This document shows positions 39,169 through 48,832 of a stretch of 64,000 nt of DNA, piece after piece. Source of the DNA: an uncultured virus (IMG/VR IMGVR_UViG_3300042397_001422) (Duplodnaviria > Heunggongvirae > Uroviricota > Caudoviricetes); IMG/VR virus record IMGVR_UViG_3300042397_001422; one strand, 5' to 3'. The stretch's first letter is position 1. Each line of letters starts with the position of its first letter. Under the pieces are notes generated by a model that was given only the letters and a program-made list of their open reading frames with translations, did not search any database and was not told the DNA's origin. The position numbers and the translations under genes were made by a program.

Positions 39169-39909
39169 ATGAAGATTTTAGTTATAGGCGATAATTGCAC
39201 GGATGTGTTTATTTATGGTCGTTGCGAACGATTAAGTCCAGAAGCACCAATACCCGTCTTTGAACCCTCAAAGACCATTACCAACGATGGAATGGCAGGA
39301 AACGTAGTTGCAAATCTACGCAAGTTGGGAGTGGAAAAAATTGAATTAATATCTAACCACGAACAAATTACAAAGACTCGATATGTAGAGGAAAAATCAA
39401 ATCAAATGCTTTTAAGAGTGGATTCTAATGATAAAGTTAGAAACACCTTTGATGTAAAGAAAGTAGATTTTGATTCATATGATGCAGTAGTAGTTGCGGA
39501 TTATGATAAGGGATTCCTAACCCTAAAAGATATTCAAGATATTTCAGAAAGAGCCAAGTTATCATTCATTGATACTAAAAAAGTAATAGAACATAATTAC
39601 TTTGAAAATTACACATTTGTTAAAATGAACGAAGTGGAGTGGGAAAACTGCTTGAAACATGGTGCAGTATATGATGAGTGGGAAAGTAAATTAATAGTTA
39701 CCATGTCTGAAAGAGGATGTATGTATCAACGAAAGAGATACTCAGTTGATAATTCAATTGAAGTACGTGATTTAAGTGGAGCAGGTGATACCTGGATGGC
39801 ATCATTTGTTTTTAGGTATATAGAAACATTGGATGTATCTGAATCAATAGAATTTGCAAATCAAAAAGCAACTCTTGTAGTACAAAAGAGAGGCGTATCA
39901 ACTATATAA
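39169..39909 (+). CDS. PfkB-family sugar kinase, RfaE/HldE kinase-like
   Basis: RLSPEAPIPV, GMAGNV, DYDKG, DLSGAGDT. Confidence 0.85.
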   Translation: MKILVIGDNCTDVFIYGRCERLSPEAPIPVFEPSKTITNDGMAGNVVANLRKLGVEKIELISNHEQITKTRYVEEKSNQMLLRVDSNDKVRNTFDVKKVDFDSYDAVVVADYDKGFLTLKDIQDISERAKLSFIDTKKVIEHNYFENYTFVKMNEVEWENCLKHGAVYDEWESKLIVTMSERGCMYQRKRYSVDNSIEVRDLSGAGDTWMASFVFRYIETLDVSESIEFANQKATLVVQKRGVSTI

Positions 39910-39912
39910 AAA

Positions 39913-40317
39913 ATGACAGAACGAAAGTATTTACCTACACTAGCAGAATTGATAGATAGATTATCAATCTCACAATTAAAAGAAGTATTCATTGCAGACC
40001 ATAAATCGGAATATGCAAAAGAAATAGATGAAATTGTTCATGATATTGAATTAATTTTAAGCGAAACTGATGGTAGATTAACAGGTGAACAAGTGAGGGC
40101 AATTGTAGTTCTTGCACAAATGAATTTACATATTTGGCATAACGAATCCAATGTGAGAAATGGAGTATCTGGTGCAAACGCGTTGACCCTAACTCATGGA
40201 TTGAATGGTATCAGAAACACTGCAAAGAATAAGATACAAGAAGTGGTAGGTGGTAGAAAGGATTATAAGATAGATTGTTTGGCATCTGATTTTAAAGACT
40301 GGGAAATTAGTTGGTAG
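39913..40317 (+). CDS. hypothetical helical protein
   Basis: TLAELIDRLSI..LK, N..IWH.E. Confidence 0.65.
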   Translation: MTERKYLPTLAELIDRLSISQLKEVFIADHKSEYAKEIDEIVHDIELILSETDGRLTGEQVRAIVVLAQMNLHIWHNESNVRNGVSGANALTLTHGLNGIRNTAKNKIQEVVGGRKDYKIDCLASDFKDWEISW

Positions 40318-40318
40318 T

Positions 40319-41137
40319 ATGAATATATTAATTTCTGGATGTAGTTTTACTGCTCCTCAAAATGGATGGTCTTCAAATTTCTCAAAAAAAGACCCAAAAT
40401 TTAATATATCAAATATAGCACATCATGGTGCAGGGAATACCTATATACGGAGACAAATTCAAGCTGAAATATTTCGAAAAAGTAGAATAAATAATAATAA
40501 AAAATATGATTTTGTGATAATTCAATGGTCTACAATTGATAGATGGGATTATCCAATTTCATTTATGTCTGAAGATGATGCCCCACTAATTAAATTAAAT
40601 TTACATAATGATGATTGGGTTGGTAAAGTTGGTTATACTAGAAATGGTACATCATTAGAAGGTAAATCTAAAATATTTTATGAAAATTTATATTCTAAAT
40701 ATGGTCAGTTATTAAATACATTAGATGATATCTATTATACTCAATTATTTTTAGAGAATTTGGGAATACCTTATTTAATGTTTTCAATTGCAAACTTTTT
40801 AACAACTGAAGCATCATTTGATATGATAAAAAGTATTGGAGATATTAAAGGTGATTTACAAAAACAAAAAATAAACAAACTGGAAATTGAAAAATTGATG
40901 AATTATTCTGAAGAATCAGATTCATTGGAAATTATAAAAAAGAAAATAAATTGGGATAAATTTATTTGGAGTAGTGATTTTAAAATTGATAATATAGGTG
41001 ATGGCTTTACTGAATATTTAATAAATAAAGGCGAACCTTTTAAACAAACTGGAAATCATCCTGATGAAACACAACATACCAATTTTTTTAACGATATAAT
41101 ATACCCAAAATTTATTTCTGAAATTAATAGTATTTAA
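40319..41137 (+). CDS. SGNH/GDSL-like paralog
   Basis: SGCSFT, GAGN, QWS..R, NHP. Confidence 0.6.
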   Translation: MNILISGCSFTAPQNGWSSNFSKKDPKFNISNIAHHGAGNTYIRRQIQAEIFRKSRINNNKKYDFVIIQWSTIDRWDYPISFMSEDDAPLIKLNLHNDDWVGKVGYTRNGTSLEGKSKIFYENLYSKYGQLLNTLDDIYYTQLFLENLGIPYLMFSIANFLTTEASFDMIKSIGDIKGDLQKQKINKLEIEKLMNYSEESDSLEIIKKKINWDKFIWSSDFKIDNIGDGFTEYLINKGEPFKQTGNHPDETQHTNFFNDIIYPKFISEINSI

Positions 41138-41138
41138 T

Positions 41139-41924
41139 ATGATTAACAAAAAAGTAGAATGGGATAGAAATAAAGAGGAAGGATTTCCTCGAGTTACAAT
41201 TGATAACTTTTTAGACCAGGAAACCTGCATGAAACTTTATGAGGAATGCGTGAATGCTCCCAAAGGTGGATGGACAGTATTTACCAGAGCAGGTTCTCGT
41301 ATGGAAGAGTTCAATGACCTAATTTCACTACCAACCGCACATAGAGTTACATACGATATAATGCATTCAGGCGAGTTCTTATATCAACTTGAAAATATGA
41401 CAGGAATTGTAGGATTATTACCTGACCCACATTTAGTTGGTGCAGGATATTCTATTTTAAGAAAGGGAACGATATTATCTCCACACTTTGATTTCAATTG
41501 GAATGATAGATTACGATTACATAGAAAACTTACAGGGATATTATATATCACACCGAATTGGAAATCAGAATGGGGTGGACACAACGTAGAGTGGACATCA
41601 AACCCTGAATTAGACCCAGATGCAAAAATAGTTGAATCCATTGCACCACTATTTAATCGTTTTATTATTTCTGAAAATGTAACAAAAGGGCCAGTTCACT
41701 CAGTAAGTAAAGTTGATTGTCCTGATGATGTATATGGTAGATGTGCGATACGTTTCTTTTATTACATTTCAACATCCGAACCAGATAAAGAAAATCCACC
41801 ACATAGAAGTACCTATACTACAAATGATTACTCACACCATAAACTGCATGAAGATGCCGAATGGAGTGGGCATTTTGTTGGTAAAGGAGGCGAAGATTAT
41901 GGGTATACTCCTAAAAATACATAA
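41139..41924 (+). CDS. 2OG-Fe(II) oxygenase
   Basis: IDNFL, HFD, WGG, P.FNR, HS, R. Confidence 0.85.
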   Translation: MINKKVEWDRNKEEGFPRVTIDNFLDQETCMKLYEECVNAPKGGWTVFTRAGSRMEEFNDLISLPTAHRVTYDIMHSGEFLYQLENMTGIVGLLPDPHLVGAGYSILRKGTILSPHFDFNWNDRLRLHRKLTGILYITPNWKSEWGGHNVEWTSNPELDPDAKIVESIAPLFNRFIISENVTKGPVHSVSKVDCPDDVYGRCAIRFFYYISTSEPDKENPPHRSTYTTNDYSHHKLHEDAEWSGHFVGKGGEDYGYTPKNT

Positions 41925-41927
41925 TTG

Positions 41928-42740
41928 ATGAATAAAACAAATCTGATAGTAGGTGGATGTTCATTCTCCGAAGGACATAATTTAGGTAATAATGGAAGTT
42001 GGGCATATTGGATATCCCAACAAACTGGTCAAACACTTCACAATTTAGCAAAAGGTGGGGTAGGGAATGAATTCATCACCCAAAAAGTATTATCATTTTT
42101 AATTAGTAATCAAGAAATAGCAAAAGATTCAGTAGTAATGATTGGTTGGTCCGAACCAACTAGACAAATGGTATTTTTTGAACCACACGAAGGTTTGGGT
42201 TGTTTTCATTCGATGCAACCGGAAGATTTCATTGATGAGAATAAAGAAAATGATATTTGGCAAGGTGATATACTTACACCACATGGATGGGTGAGAAAGA
42301 ATAAAGATTCACTCTGGCCATTTTTTTCTTCGTTGCGTTATTGTATATTTAAAACATATTATAATATGATTACGCTTAAAACTTATTTGGAAGCAAACAA
42401 TATTCCTTATATTTTTTTTGATGCAATTAATCCAACCAAAATATTAATAGATAATTCATTAAGACAGTTTAAAATAAGAAAATACCCAAATGATATAAAA
42501 TATTCAGTAGAAAATATTGGAGATTTTTCAAGTATACTGAATGATGGGGTAGTTGATTACATTTACAATAAAAATTTTATATCATTTGATGGATTAAGTA
42601 TTAATGAATGGTTATGGAAAAATGGTAAGAATGAATATGAAACTCTTACTAATGGAAATAATGGTCATCCAAATGAATTAGCATCAAAGGAATTGGCAAG
42701 TTACATATTAAACGAATATGCGAGATTATACAATAAATGA
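41928..42740 (+). CDS. SGNH/GDSL-like paralog
   Basis: GGCSFSEG, NLAKGGVGN, GWS..R, GHP. Confidence 0.6.
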   Translation: MNKTNLIVGGCSFSEGHNLGNNGSWAYWISQQTGQTLHNLAKGGVGNEFITQKVLSFLISNQEIAKDSVVMIGWSEPTRQMVFFEPHEGLGCFHSMQPEDFIDENKENDIWQGDILTPHGWVRKNKDSLWPFFSSLRYCIFKTYYNMITLKTYLEANNIPYIFFDAINPTKILIDNSLRQFKIRKYPNDIKYSVENIGDFSSILNDGVVDYIYNKNFISFDGLSINEWLWKNGKNEYETLTNGNNGHPNELASKELASYILNEYARLYNK

Positions 42741-43341
42741 TAGTTGGGATTGGGTTACCCATTTTGAAAATGAAATAGCAGATTACTGTGGTTCAAAATA
42801 TGGAATTGCATGCGATTCAAATTCTAATGCAATTCGCTTGGTATTACACTATTTGGGTATAGTTGGTCAAGAAATTGGAATACCGGCAAGAACGTATGTA
42901 TCCGTCCCAAACCAAATTATCCTATCTGGTAACAAACCTATATTCGAAGATTACGAATGGGATGGGTTATATAAATTTGATGGTGTCCCAATAGTAGATG
43001 CAGCAACTGCGTTTCATCAAGGAATGTATGATGGTGAAAATTATATGATATTATCGTTTCATATTAAAAAAATCCTAAACATTGGACAAGGTGGTATGAT
43101 ACTTACCGATGATGAGAAATTCAATGAGTGGGCAAGACCGATGATATACGATGGTCGGCATAAATACAAATTATATAAAGAGGATGAGTTTGATTGTATA
43201 GGTTGGCATATGTATATGTCACCAGAACAAGCACAGAGAGGATTAGAAATATTTCATTCATCAAAGATACATTCAAATAATCCACATTGTGGTGGTAGTT
43301 GGTTGTACAACGATTTGAGTACACAAAAAATATATCAGTAA
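42718..43341 (+). CDS. DegT/DnrJ/EryC1/StrS-like PLP protein (short form)
   Basis: FENEIA.Y.G, VDAA, SFHIKK, GQGGMILTDD; only 207 aa. Confidence 0.75.
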   Translation: MRDYTINDSWDWVTHFENEIADYCGSKYGIACDSNSNAIRLVLHYLGIVGQEIGIPARTYVSVPNQIILSGNKPIFEDYEWDGLYKFDGVPIVDAATAFHQGMYDGENYMILSFHIKKILNIGQGGMILTDDEKFNEWARPMIYDGRHKYKLYKEDEFDCIGWHMYMSPEQAQRGLEIFHSSKIHSNNPHCGGSWLYNDLSTQKIYQ

Positions 43342-44060
43342 TGAGTAAAATACTATACACACATGGTGATTCCGTAGTATGGGGTGCTGAGTTAGAGAAT
43401 AAAGAAACCGAAAGGTTTTCGCATCACATAGCAAAACACTTTGATTGGATAGATTGCAACAATGCAACTGCCGGAGTTTCAAATGATTATATATATCGTC
43501 AAACAATTAGAGATGTATCTCGTTGGATATTTGATAGAAATATATGGAGTGAAGAAACTGGTTGGGTATATTCGGATGAACTTATTGTATCAATTGGATG
43601 GACATCCCCAACAAGATTTGAATGGTGGACAGGTGATTCATATCAACAAGAACGATTATGGGTGGGATATGATAAATGGGGTGAGAATGATAAAGATAGA
43701 ACAACCGAAGACCAATTCGTATTACATCAGACAGAAGATATTCCATCATATATCAGAACATTTAATCAGATAATTAGTTTATCTGCTTTTTTAGATAAAC
43801 ACAATATACCATACTATTTTTTTAATACATTTTACGATTATAGATTACCAGAAGAACCTGAAGATAAAATAGATAAATTTGGTAAACGTACTAATCAATT
43901 AGATTTGAAAGTATTGTGGAATATGTTACCTGATGAATTTACATTTGGTACTATGTATGATTATATTAAATTTATGGGTGAAGGATTCTTACCACGTAAT
44001 CACCCAACAGCAGAAGCACATTTAGAATGTGCAAAATTTATAATAAATGAATTGGAATAA
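43341..44060 (+). CDS. SGNH/GDSL-like paralog
   Basis: HGDSVVWG, GVSN, GWT..R, NHP. Confidence 0.6.
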   Translation: MSKILYTHGDSVVWGAELENKETERFSHHIAKHFDWIDCNNATAGVSNDYIYRQTIRDVSRWIFDRNIWSEETGWVYSDELIVSIGWTSPTRFEWWTGDSYQQERLWVGYDKWGENDKDRTTEDQFVLHQTEDIPSYIRTFNQIISLSAFLDKHNIPYYFFNTFYDYRLPEEPEDKIDKFGKRTNQLDLKVLWNMLPDEFTFGTMYDYIKFMGEGFLPRNHPTAEAHLECAKFIINELE

Positions 44061-45285
44061 TTACAAATACATAATTACATCTGGTTGTAGTTATAGTGTT
44101 TTAATTGAAAACACAATACATACCCATACGCATTATGAAAAAATACATAGTGAATTCGGTGAATTAGAAAAAAGTGCATTAGACAATGGTTTAACAAACC
44201 CAAAAATTATTCAAACAAATAGTGATGATAATATTATTAATATTGATGTAAGTTTACCATCACAAACATCAGAATGGATTTTACATTCTACTCAATATGC
44301 TATTCAAAAATTAATACAATTAGGAGTTAAATTGGAAAACATTTATTGTTTTGTGGAGTGGACTCAGTATAATAGATATTCCATACCACATGATAGTTAT
44401 ATAAAAATATCAGATGTAAAAGTAAATAGTTTTTTAAAAGTATATAGTAAAGATACTAAATTGAATATTAATTATATAAAAAATCAATTTAAATTTGGAA
44501 GACTTGATGAATTAATAAACGTAGGAGTTATTGAAAATAGATTATATTTATCTGCCAATCAATTAATACCTACCAATTTTAAAAATTTACCAACTGAATG
44601 GGAACTTTGGTACGAAACACATAAAACTAGATATCATAAAACAAGTAATATAGAATTATTAACAAAATATTTAAGTAATATTATATCATTACAATCTTAT
44701 TTAAAATCATTAAATATTCAATATAATTTTTGTAATATGCAATGTGAGTTTGCTGGATGGGTTACAAATGGGTTTGAATATGAACAAAAAATAAAACTTG
44801 GCCGGAAATATCATCCATATTATTTGAATGGAAAAGATGAAATAATATATAATAATCAATATATAGAAACCATTAAATTAGGAGAACCTGTTGAAATTGT
44901 ATATCCACAGATAACACACTTATATAACCTAATTGATTTTACTAATTGGTGGTTCTATGAATCAGATAATTCTTCTCGTGGTGGTATTGATGAATATATG
45001 TTTGATACATATGGAATTCACGCTTATACAAAAATAAAAAATGATACTCAATTACCTACTCAAGAATTTATAGGTGGACCAAATTGGCATCCAACTGAAT
45101 TACTATATACTTTATTACATGATAAAATATGTTTTAATAATCCCTTTTTTAAAATAAATCCAAAATGGATTACTTTTATAAATGATAAATTAAATGAAGA
45201 TATTAATTATGATGGTATTAGTAAAAATAATTTAACATATTCTACTAAGTACATCAATAATTTTATAAAATATGAATCTAAATAA
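44047..45285 (+). CDS. SGNH-like paralog (long form)
   Basis: SGCSY, VEWTQ..R, GGIDEY, WHP. Confidence 0.55.
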   Translation: MNWNNYKYIITSGCSYSVLIENTIHTHTHYEKIHSEFGELEKSALDNGLTNPKIIQTNSDDNIINIDVSLPSQTSEWILHSTQYAIQKLIQLGVKLENIYCFVEWTQYNRYSIPHDSYIKISDVKVNSFLKVYSKDTKLNINYIKNQFKFGRLDELINVGVIENRLYLSANQLIPTNFKNLPTEWELWYETHKTRYHKTSNIELLTKYLSNIISLQSYLKSLNIQYNFCNMQCEFAGWVTNGFEYEQKIKLGRKYHPYYLNGKDEIIYNNQYIETIKLGEPVEIVYPQITHLYNLIDFTNWWFYESDNSSRGGIDEYMFDTYGIHAYTKIKNDTQLPTQEFIGGPNWHPTELLYTLLHDKICFNNPFFKINPKWITFINDKLNEDINYDGISKNNLTYSTKYINNFIKYESK

Positions 45286-46471
45286 CTACAAATATATCGT
45301 AGCAAGTGGTTGTAGTTATGCAACTACACTCAGTAGTTTAGAAGTTAAAAATTTAGATGTTAAATTAGATACATCAGATAATTTAATTTTTATTGAAGTT
45401 GGATGTGCAAGTCAGAGTTCTGATTGGGCTTACGATAGTGTAATACACACAATAGAAACCCTTTTTAAATTAGGAGTTAAGCCTGAGAATATTTATTGTT
45501 TTGTAGAATGGACTCAAATTGAAAGAATTACTATTAATCAAGCTGCATATTCACATCAACTTTTAAATAATAATATTGCTAAAGAAAAATATAAAAATAG
45601 ACATTTTTATATTAAAGGTAATAATAATGAAATAATTCAACAATTATACGATTCAATCAATATTAAGTGTTTACAAGATGTGCATAATATAATGTCAATA
45701 GATGGGCTATTTTATATAAACCCATTACATACCGACCCAACTGATATTTCGAAATTAAATGATATTGATTTTGAATTTTATTTTAATATAGGACTAGAAT
45801 ATGAATTAAGAATTCCATTTGAAGTGCGTGTTAAAAAATACTTAGATAACATATTAAATTTACAACGATATTTAAAATCTAATTTAATTGATTATAATTT
45901 TGCTATGATGCAATCACAATTTAGTGCATGGGCTAGTGGTAATAATGATAATATAGTTCACAAATATGAATCATATTTAAATAAACCAATGATAATTAAT
46001 GATGGAATACTTAAACAAAATATCAAATTTAAAAAGAATTTAGATATATCTGAAAAAGATGATTTGGTTAATATATTTCCACAATTTAATTCATTATTTA
46101 ATAAAATTGATTTATCCAATTGGTGGTTTTATAACAAAGGTGGATATCGTTATGGTGGTATTGATGAATATGCATTAGAGGAATATGGTGTGTATGGATA
46201 CTTATCCGCTTGTCAAGATGCAAGATTTGATATGGAGTTAAATCCAGAAAGATTTATAGCATCGTTTGGATACCACCCACATCCATTTGTTCATGTTTTA
46301 TTAGTAAACGAGATGTTATTTAATAATAAATTCTTTAAAGTATCTGATGAAACCATTACTAAAATTAAAGATATGGTAACTGAAGATATTAATTCTAAGA
46401 ATAAAACAAAACATAATTTAGCAATTTCAAAAGTTGAGTATGACAAATGGATTAATAACACCATTATTTAA
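45272..46471 (+). CDS. SGNH-like paralog, tandem duplicate of 44047
   Basis: SGCSY, ENIYCFVEWTQ, NWWFY, GGIDEY, YHP. Confidence 0.55.
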   Translation: MNLNNYKYIVASGCSYATTLSSLEVKNLDVKLDTSDNLIFIEVGCASQSSDWAYDSVIHTIETLFKLGVKPENIYCFVEWTQIERITINQAAYSHQLLNNNIAKEKYKNRHFYIKGNNNEIIQQLYDSINIKCLQDVHNIMSIDGLFYINPLHTDPTDISKLNDIDFEFYFNIGLEYELRIPFEVRVKKYLDNILNLQRYLKSNLIDYNFAMMQSQFSAWASGNNDNIVHKYESYLNKPMIINDGILKQNIKFKKNLDISEKDDLVNIFPQFNSLFNKIDLSNWWFYNKGGYRYGGIDEYALEEYGVYGYLSACQDARFDMELNPERFIASFGYHPHPFVHVLLVNEMLFNNKFFKVSDETITKIKDMVTEDINSKNKTKHNLAISKVEYDKWINNTII

Positions 46472-46488
46472 AAAGTATATATTTATAT

Positions 46489-47478
46489 ATGATGAATAGT
46501 AAATTACTAAATGTAGGTTGGTCAGCAATGATTTATAAAATCGGTACTGATTATTGGATAACAAATCCCAAAGTTGGTTCTAGGTTTTTAACAAATTTTA
46601 GTCAATTAAATGGTAACTCACAATATACTGCACTCAGTATAACGCCGGTTTTTTATCAATATGATAATTTTCGTATAGAAAATAAATTTGATGTTGTGGA
46701 TTTCAAACCCAATTCAGATTCTATCATTATAAAGGGTAATTATTTTAACTGGCAAATACTTGCTGTTAATGAATGGAATAAACCAGTTACTAAAGATGAA
46801 TTAATTGATATTTTAGGTAAAACAAATTTTGGATTGATACGCAATCCATTAGAACGTTTAAAATCAGGTGTATCTCAAATGTTAGTAGAATGGTTTTTTG
46901 AAAGTATAAAACTATACAAACAAAATAAATCTATCGAAGAGTGTAAATTATTAACTGGTAATTTAAATGAACATCTATTTGACATCAATTGGAATATATT
47001 TTATAATCCATTTTCAGACGATATCATAAATAATACTAAGATAAATTTGGATACGATTAATAGATACCCAAATAAAATAACGGCAGAATGGAAGTTAGAA
47101 TGGCAAAAATTTTGTAAATTAACATTTGATTCTATTCATCCAAATGACCTTTCTTATTTAATCGAAACGAATAACCATACTCAAACATTTTTATATTTGC
47201 AATACCAATTTTTAATGGATATTGATGTATTTAAAAATATGAAAATAATAGATATAAATAAATTAAATGAATCTAAAGATTTAATTTTATCTAGTATAAG
47301 TGATATACACGTTAGAGAGAATCTAAATCATTTTTTTGGAAATCCGTATTATCAAGAATCAAATATTGTATTTAAAGATATAAACTGGCAACCAATATAC
47401 GATTGGTTGGCTAACTACAAATTATACACATTAGAAATTCAAACATTTTATAACTTATTACATAATATAAATGAGTAG
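46489..47478 (+). CDS. sulfotransferase-like protein (Sulfotransfer_2-type motifs)
   Basis: PKVGSRF, IRNPLERLKS, HTQ. Confidence 0.55.
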   Translation: MMNSKLLNVGWSAMIYKIGTDYWITNPKVGSRFLTNFSQLNGNSQYTALSITPVFYQYDNFRIENKFDVVDFKPNSDSIIIKGNYFNWQILAVNEWNKPVTKDELIDILGKTNFGLIRNPLERLKSGVSQMLVEWFFESIKLYKQNKSIEECKLLTGNLNEHLFDINWNIFYNPFSDDIINNTKINLDTINRYPNKITAEWKLEWQKFCKLTFDSIHPNDLSYLIETNNHTQTFLYLQYQFLMDIDVFKNMKIIDINKLNESKDLILSSISDIHVRENLNHFFGNPYYQESNIVFKDINWQPIYDWLANYKLYTLEIQTFYNLLHNINE

Positions 47479-47794
47479 TATAACAATTAATATTATAGAC
47501 AGAGTAAATAATTTACACACATTAGAAGCTCCAACAAACATGAGTATGAATTTGATGGAATTCCTAAGAGCCAATGAGTTTGGAATAGAAGGAACTTGTT
47601 CAGGACTTGGAATGTGTTCTACTTGTCATGTTTATATAAACTCTGATAATGAGTTAGTAAAAATGGGTACGATTGAAGATATGATGTTAGATGATGTTGG
47701 TGATTTAAGAACGGCAAAATCAAGATTGTCATGTCAATTACATTTGACTGATAAATTAAATGGACTTGTATTAGAACTACCAAAACTAAATTAA
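47471..47794 (+). CDS. 2Fe-2S ferredoxin (adrenodoxin/Isc-Fdx type)
   Basis: CSGLGMCSTCHV..SRLSCQ. Confidence 0.9.
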   Translation: MSSITINIIDRVNNLHTLEAPTNMSMNLMEFLRANEFGIEGTCSGLGMCSTCHVYINSDNELVKMGTIEDMMLDDVGDLRTAKSRLSCQLHLTDKLNGLVLELPKLN

Positions 47795-47796
47795 AA

Positions 47797-48831
47797 ATGT
47801 CAATAGATTTATCGGGTTATAATATAGAGTTTGATTACACCCTAATTCCTATGGGGAGTCGATACTGGATAACAAACGCCAAAGTTGGAAGTAGATATCT
47901 ATCACAATATGTAAGTGATACAGATACTATAAAATATATAAAAATAACCCCAACAAGTGAGAATTCATTAGAGGATAAAAATAATATAGAATTATCAGGA
48001 GTTAAATTTTTAGTAACTATTAAAGATTCTAATCATAACGAAATAAAACTTACAAAAGATGAATTAAAATTTATAATGAATCGATGCTCAGTTTGGGTTA
48101 TTCGAAATCCATTTGATAGATTCATTACCGGATTAATTCAAAAAACAAAACAATTTTTTGAAGAATTATATACCGCTTACAATACCCCGTCTACCTTAGA
48201 TTGGACTAAATGTGAATTGTGTCCTGGTATAGCATCTCACTCAACCTATCCAATAGACTATACTTTTTTATTTGAAAATTATAAATTAATTAATACAGAA
48301 CGTATAAATGAAAATGATACAATCACTATTAAATGGTTTAGTATATGGAAAGATTTTTGTTATGAATTATTTACCGATATATTAAAATACAACGTAGTAA
48401 ATAGAAGTTTCACAGGTGATATACATACTCAGCCATATCTATATAAATCACACATGTTGTTTACTGAATTTAATATTTTATCTAATTTAGAAATAATAGA
48501 TATAAACGATTTAGATTCTAGAAATGATTTATTTGAATTAGAATTAGGTAAAGCTGAGTTTGAAAAGACTAAACTAAGATTACGCGAATGGTACTCAAAG
48601 ACACCTGCAAAACATAAAGCCAAACGTTCATTATTGGGTAACGATATCATTTCAGATTATGGTGTTGTAACTAGAACTGAAGAAGAATATGTAAATTTTA
48701 TTAGAGAATCAAATAATATGTTTAAAAATATAGAACTTAAAGAATTAACTGATTATTTTAAAGATTCTGCTATATATTCAATGGAAATGGTCACCTACTT
48801 AATGTTACTAAAAAATAAACCACCTCAATAG
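47797..48831 (+). CDS. sulfotransferase-like paralog
   Basis: AKVGSRY, IRNPFDRFIT, DIHTQP. Confidence 0.55.
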   Translation: MSIDLSGYNIEFDYTLIPMGSRYWITNAKVGSRYLSQYVSDTDTIKYIKITPTSENSLEDKNNIELSGVKFLVTIKDSNHNEIKLTKDELKFIMNRCSVWVIRNPFDRFITGLIQKTKQFFEELYTAYNTPSTLDWTKCELCPGIASHSTYPIDYTFLFENYKLINTERINENDTITIKWFSIWKDFCYELFTDILKYNVVNRSFTGDIHTQPYLYKSHMLFTEFNILSNLEIIDINDLDSRNDLFELELGKAEFEKTKLRLREWYSKTPAKHKAKRSLLGNDIISDYGVVTRTEEEYVNFIRESNNMFKNIELKELTDYFKDSAIYSMEMVTYLMLLKNKPPQ

Positions 48832-48832
48832 A

